Positions 62,412-64,000 of a DNA stretch of 64,000 nucleotides are shown here, piece after piece; position 1 is the first letter of the stretch; the number at the start of each line of letters is the position of its first letter. Under the pieces are notes generated by a model, which saw only the letters and a list, made by a program, of their open reading frames with translations, was not told the origin of the DNA and searched no databases. The translations under genes were made by a program, and so were the position numbers. The DNA comes from an uncultured Hyphomicrobiales bacterium (GTDB lineage Bacteria; Bacteroidota; Ignavibacteria; Kapaibacteriales; UBA2268). Location of the stretch: contig CAZSWR010000002.1 of the NCBI GenBank assembly GCA_964610885.1, forward strand, positions 23,811 through 87,810, read 5' to 3'.

Positions 62412-64000
62412 TTACAAAGAGAGTAATAATGCAATTATGGCGACGATGCCGGCAGTCATAATAACGGCATAGTTCTGTGCAACGCCGCTCTGGATTCGCC
62501 TAATAATCTGCCCGGCGCCCTGCGTCGATTTTGCAATCGTATGTACAAGCCCATCGATTATTCCGACATCGAAGAACTTCCAAAGGAACGAATGCGAGAG
62601 TTTATATATGGGATCAATTATTACTGCGAAGTAAAACTCGTCGAGTTTGTATTTGCCGAGCAAAAGTCTATAAATAGGATTGAATGATTTCGCAAGGCGC
62701 CGTGGCGAATTCCATTGCGGGTCTGAGTACCATTTCTTGGCAATTAGTATTGCCGAAATTGCTGCAATCACCGAAATTCCCATCAGCAAGTATTCCATTA
62801 TCAATGAATGCTCGTGTGGAGTATGATTGAATTTGATTATTTCGTTAGCATTAGCGAAGACAGGGCCGAGCCAAGACTCGAGCAGATTGGTGTGTTCGCC
62901 CATGAATCCGCCCAATGCGTGCGGGAGGCCAACGAAGCCACCGATGGCGGAAAGGACTGCAAGCACAACCAGCGGGACAGTCATAACTTTCGGGGACTCA
63001 TGGGGTTTCGCGTGCGAGGCGGCAAACCTTTCTGTGCCGTAGAAAGTCAAGTACAGCAGACGGAACATATAGAAAGCCGTCATGAAAGCAGTCAGTAGCA
63101 GAATGATCCACAACCATGGCGAGCCATTCGAGTACGTCATCCACAGGATTTCATCCTTGGAAAAGAATCCGCTGAAGAATGGGATGCCGGATATGGCAAG
63201 TGTGGCCACAAGGAAAGTCCAATGCGTCGTCGGCATATAGCGTTTCAGGTTGCCCATCTTTTTGATGTTTTGTTCTTCGTGCATTCCGTGGATCACCGAA
63301 CCGGCGGCCAAGAACAGAAGGCCTTTGAAGAAAGCGTGCGTCATCACATGGAACACGCCGGCAGTGAAGGCGCCGACGCCCAGAGCAGCGAACATGAATC
63401 CAAGCTGCGAAACGGTGGAATATGCTAATACTTTTTTAATATCGTTTTGCACCAAACCGACCGTTGCCGCAAAAAAAGCCGTTAGTATTCCAATGATTGC
63501 CACCACGTTCATTGTTGTCGGCGAAAGAGCGAAGAGTGTTGCATTCCTTGCGATAAGGAAAATACCGGCTGTAACCATGGTTGCTGCGTGAATCAGTGCA
63601 GAAACCGGCGTGGGGCCGGCCATTGCGTCGGGCAGCCAAACGGCCAATGGGATCTGGGCGGATTTACCGGTGCAGCCCAAGAACATAAGCAAAGTGATAG
63701 CCGTAACCGAAGCGCCGGCGTAGAGAGTCGATGCGTTTTGGTTTGCCATTTCTGCAATGGTAGTGTATTCGAGCGAGCCGAATAAGCTGAATACGAGGAA
63801 CATCGCGATAATGAATCCGAAATCTCCGATTCTGTTCACGATGAATGCTTTATTTGCTGCGTCGCCAGTCCAGCGGATTCGTGTGCCCTCGAATTTGCGG
63901 TCGTACCAGAATCCGATAAGCAGATACGAGCAAAGACCCACGCCCTCCCAACCGAGGAAAGTCAGCAGAAAGTTCGACGCCAAGACCAAATTTAGCATCA
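62412..64000 (-). CDS. nuoL: NADH-quinone oxidoreductase subunit L (N-terminus outside window)
   Basis: FLGWEGVGLCSYLLIGFW, WLPDAMAGPTPVSALIHAATMVTAG and LAYSTVSQLGFM. The frame is open to the window edge. Confidence 0.9.
   Translation of the reverse strand, partial: MLNLVLASNFLLTFLGWEGVGLCSYLLIGFWYDRKFEGTRIRWTGDAANKAFIVNRIGDFGFIIAMFLVFSLFGSLEYTTIAEMANQNASTLYAGASVTAITLLMFLGCTGKSAQIPLAVWLPDAMAGPTPVSALIHAATMVTAGIFLIARNATLFALSPTTMNVVAIIGILTAFFAATVGLVQNDIKKVLAYSTVSQLGFMFAALGVGAFTAGVFHVMTHAFFKGLLFLAAGSVIHGMHEEQNIKKMGNLKRYMPTTHWTFLVATLAISGIPFFSGFFSKDEILWMTYSNGSPWLWIILLLTAFMTAFYMFRLLYLTFYGTERFAASHAKPHESPKVMTVPLVVLAVLSAIGGFVGLPHALGGFMGEHTNLLESWLGPVFANANEIIKFNHTPHEHSLIMEYLLMGISVIAAISAILIAKKWYSDPQWNSPRRLAKSFNPIYRLLLGKYKLDEFYFAVIIDPIYKLSHSFLWKFFDVGIIDGLVHTIAKSTQGAGQIIRRIQSGVAQNYAVIMTAGIVAIIALLLSL

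Overview
This 64-kb window looks like chromosomal DNA from a Gram-negative bacterium. It is probably a member of the FCB superphylum (Ignavibacteria/Bacteroidota-like). That placement is an inference from two T9SS C-terminal sorting domains, DUF4249 and DUF5683 proteins, and a CarboxypepD_reg-type TonB receptor. Gene order, left to right: a czcC-B-A-type heavy-metal RND efflux operon plus a P-II protein; a 1258-aa vWA-WD40 T9SS cargo protein; a PAS histidine kinase with a four-Cys motif; MarR and PlsC; tRNA-Phe followed by an AT-rich ~2.6-kb islet with two nuclease-fold ORFs; YciI, DUF1439, DUF5683, RidA and PruA; a TonB receptor plus DUF4249; a kdpA-(RAYT)-kdpB-X-kdpC-kdpD-kdpE cluster; ribD, rpe, surE, a UvrD-like helicase, a SPOR protein and a heparinase II/III-like protein; a soluble chemoreceptor with a sensory [FeFe]-hydrogenase-like input module; gdh; a 1779-aa C25 (gingipain-like) T9SS protein plus a GT4 glycosyltransferase; a 1469-aa multi-PAS/GAF kinase; and nuoN-M-L, the 3' end of a complex I operon. 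The most unusual points are these. (1) A REP/RAYT cassette sits inside the kdp operon between kdpA and kdpB. REP palindromes are embedded in frame in the RAYT ORF, a homopolymer frameshift precedes the catalytic Tyr, and 58 bp of the kdpA 3' end is duplicated. (2) Perfect 52-bp direct repeats bracket the whole kdp cluster. (3) The integrase-less islet next to tRNA-Phe carries two PD-(D/E)XK-like genes and a GC/purine-rich patch. (4) The hydrogenase-like chemoreceptor. (5) Three copies of a 25-31-bp repeat lie upstream of the vWA-WD40 gene. No CRISPR array, rRNA or prophage was seen. All functional calls rest on motif recognition by eye, because no database search was possible.
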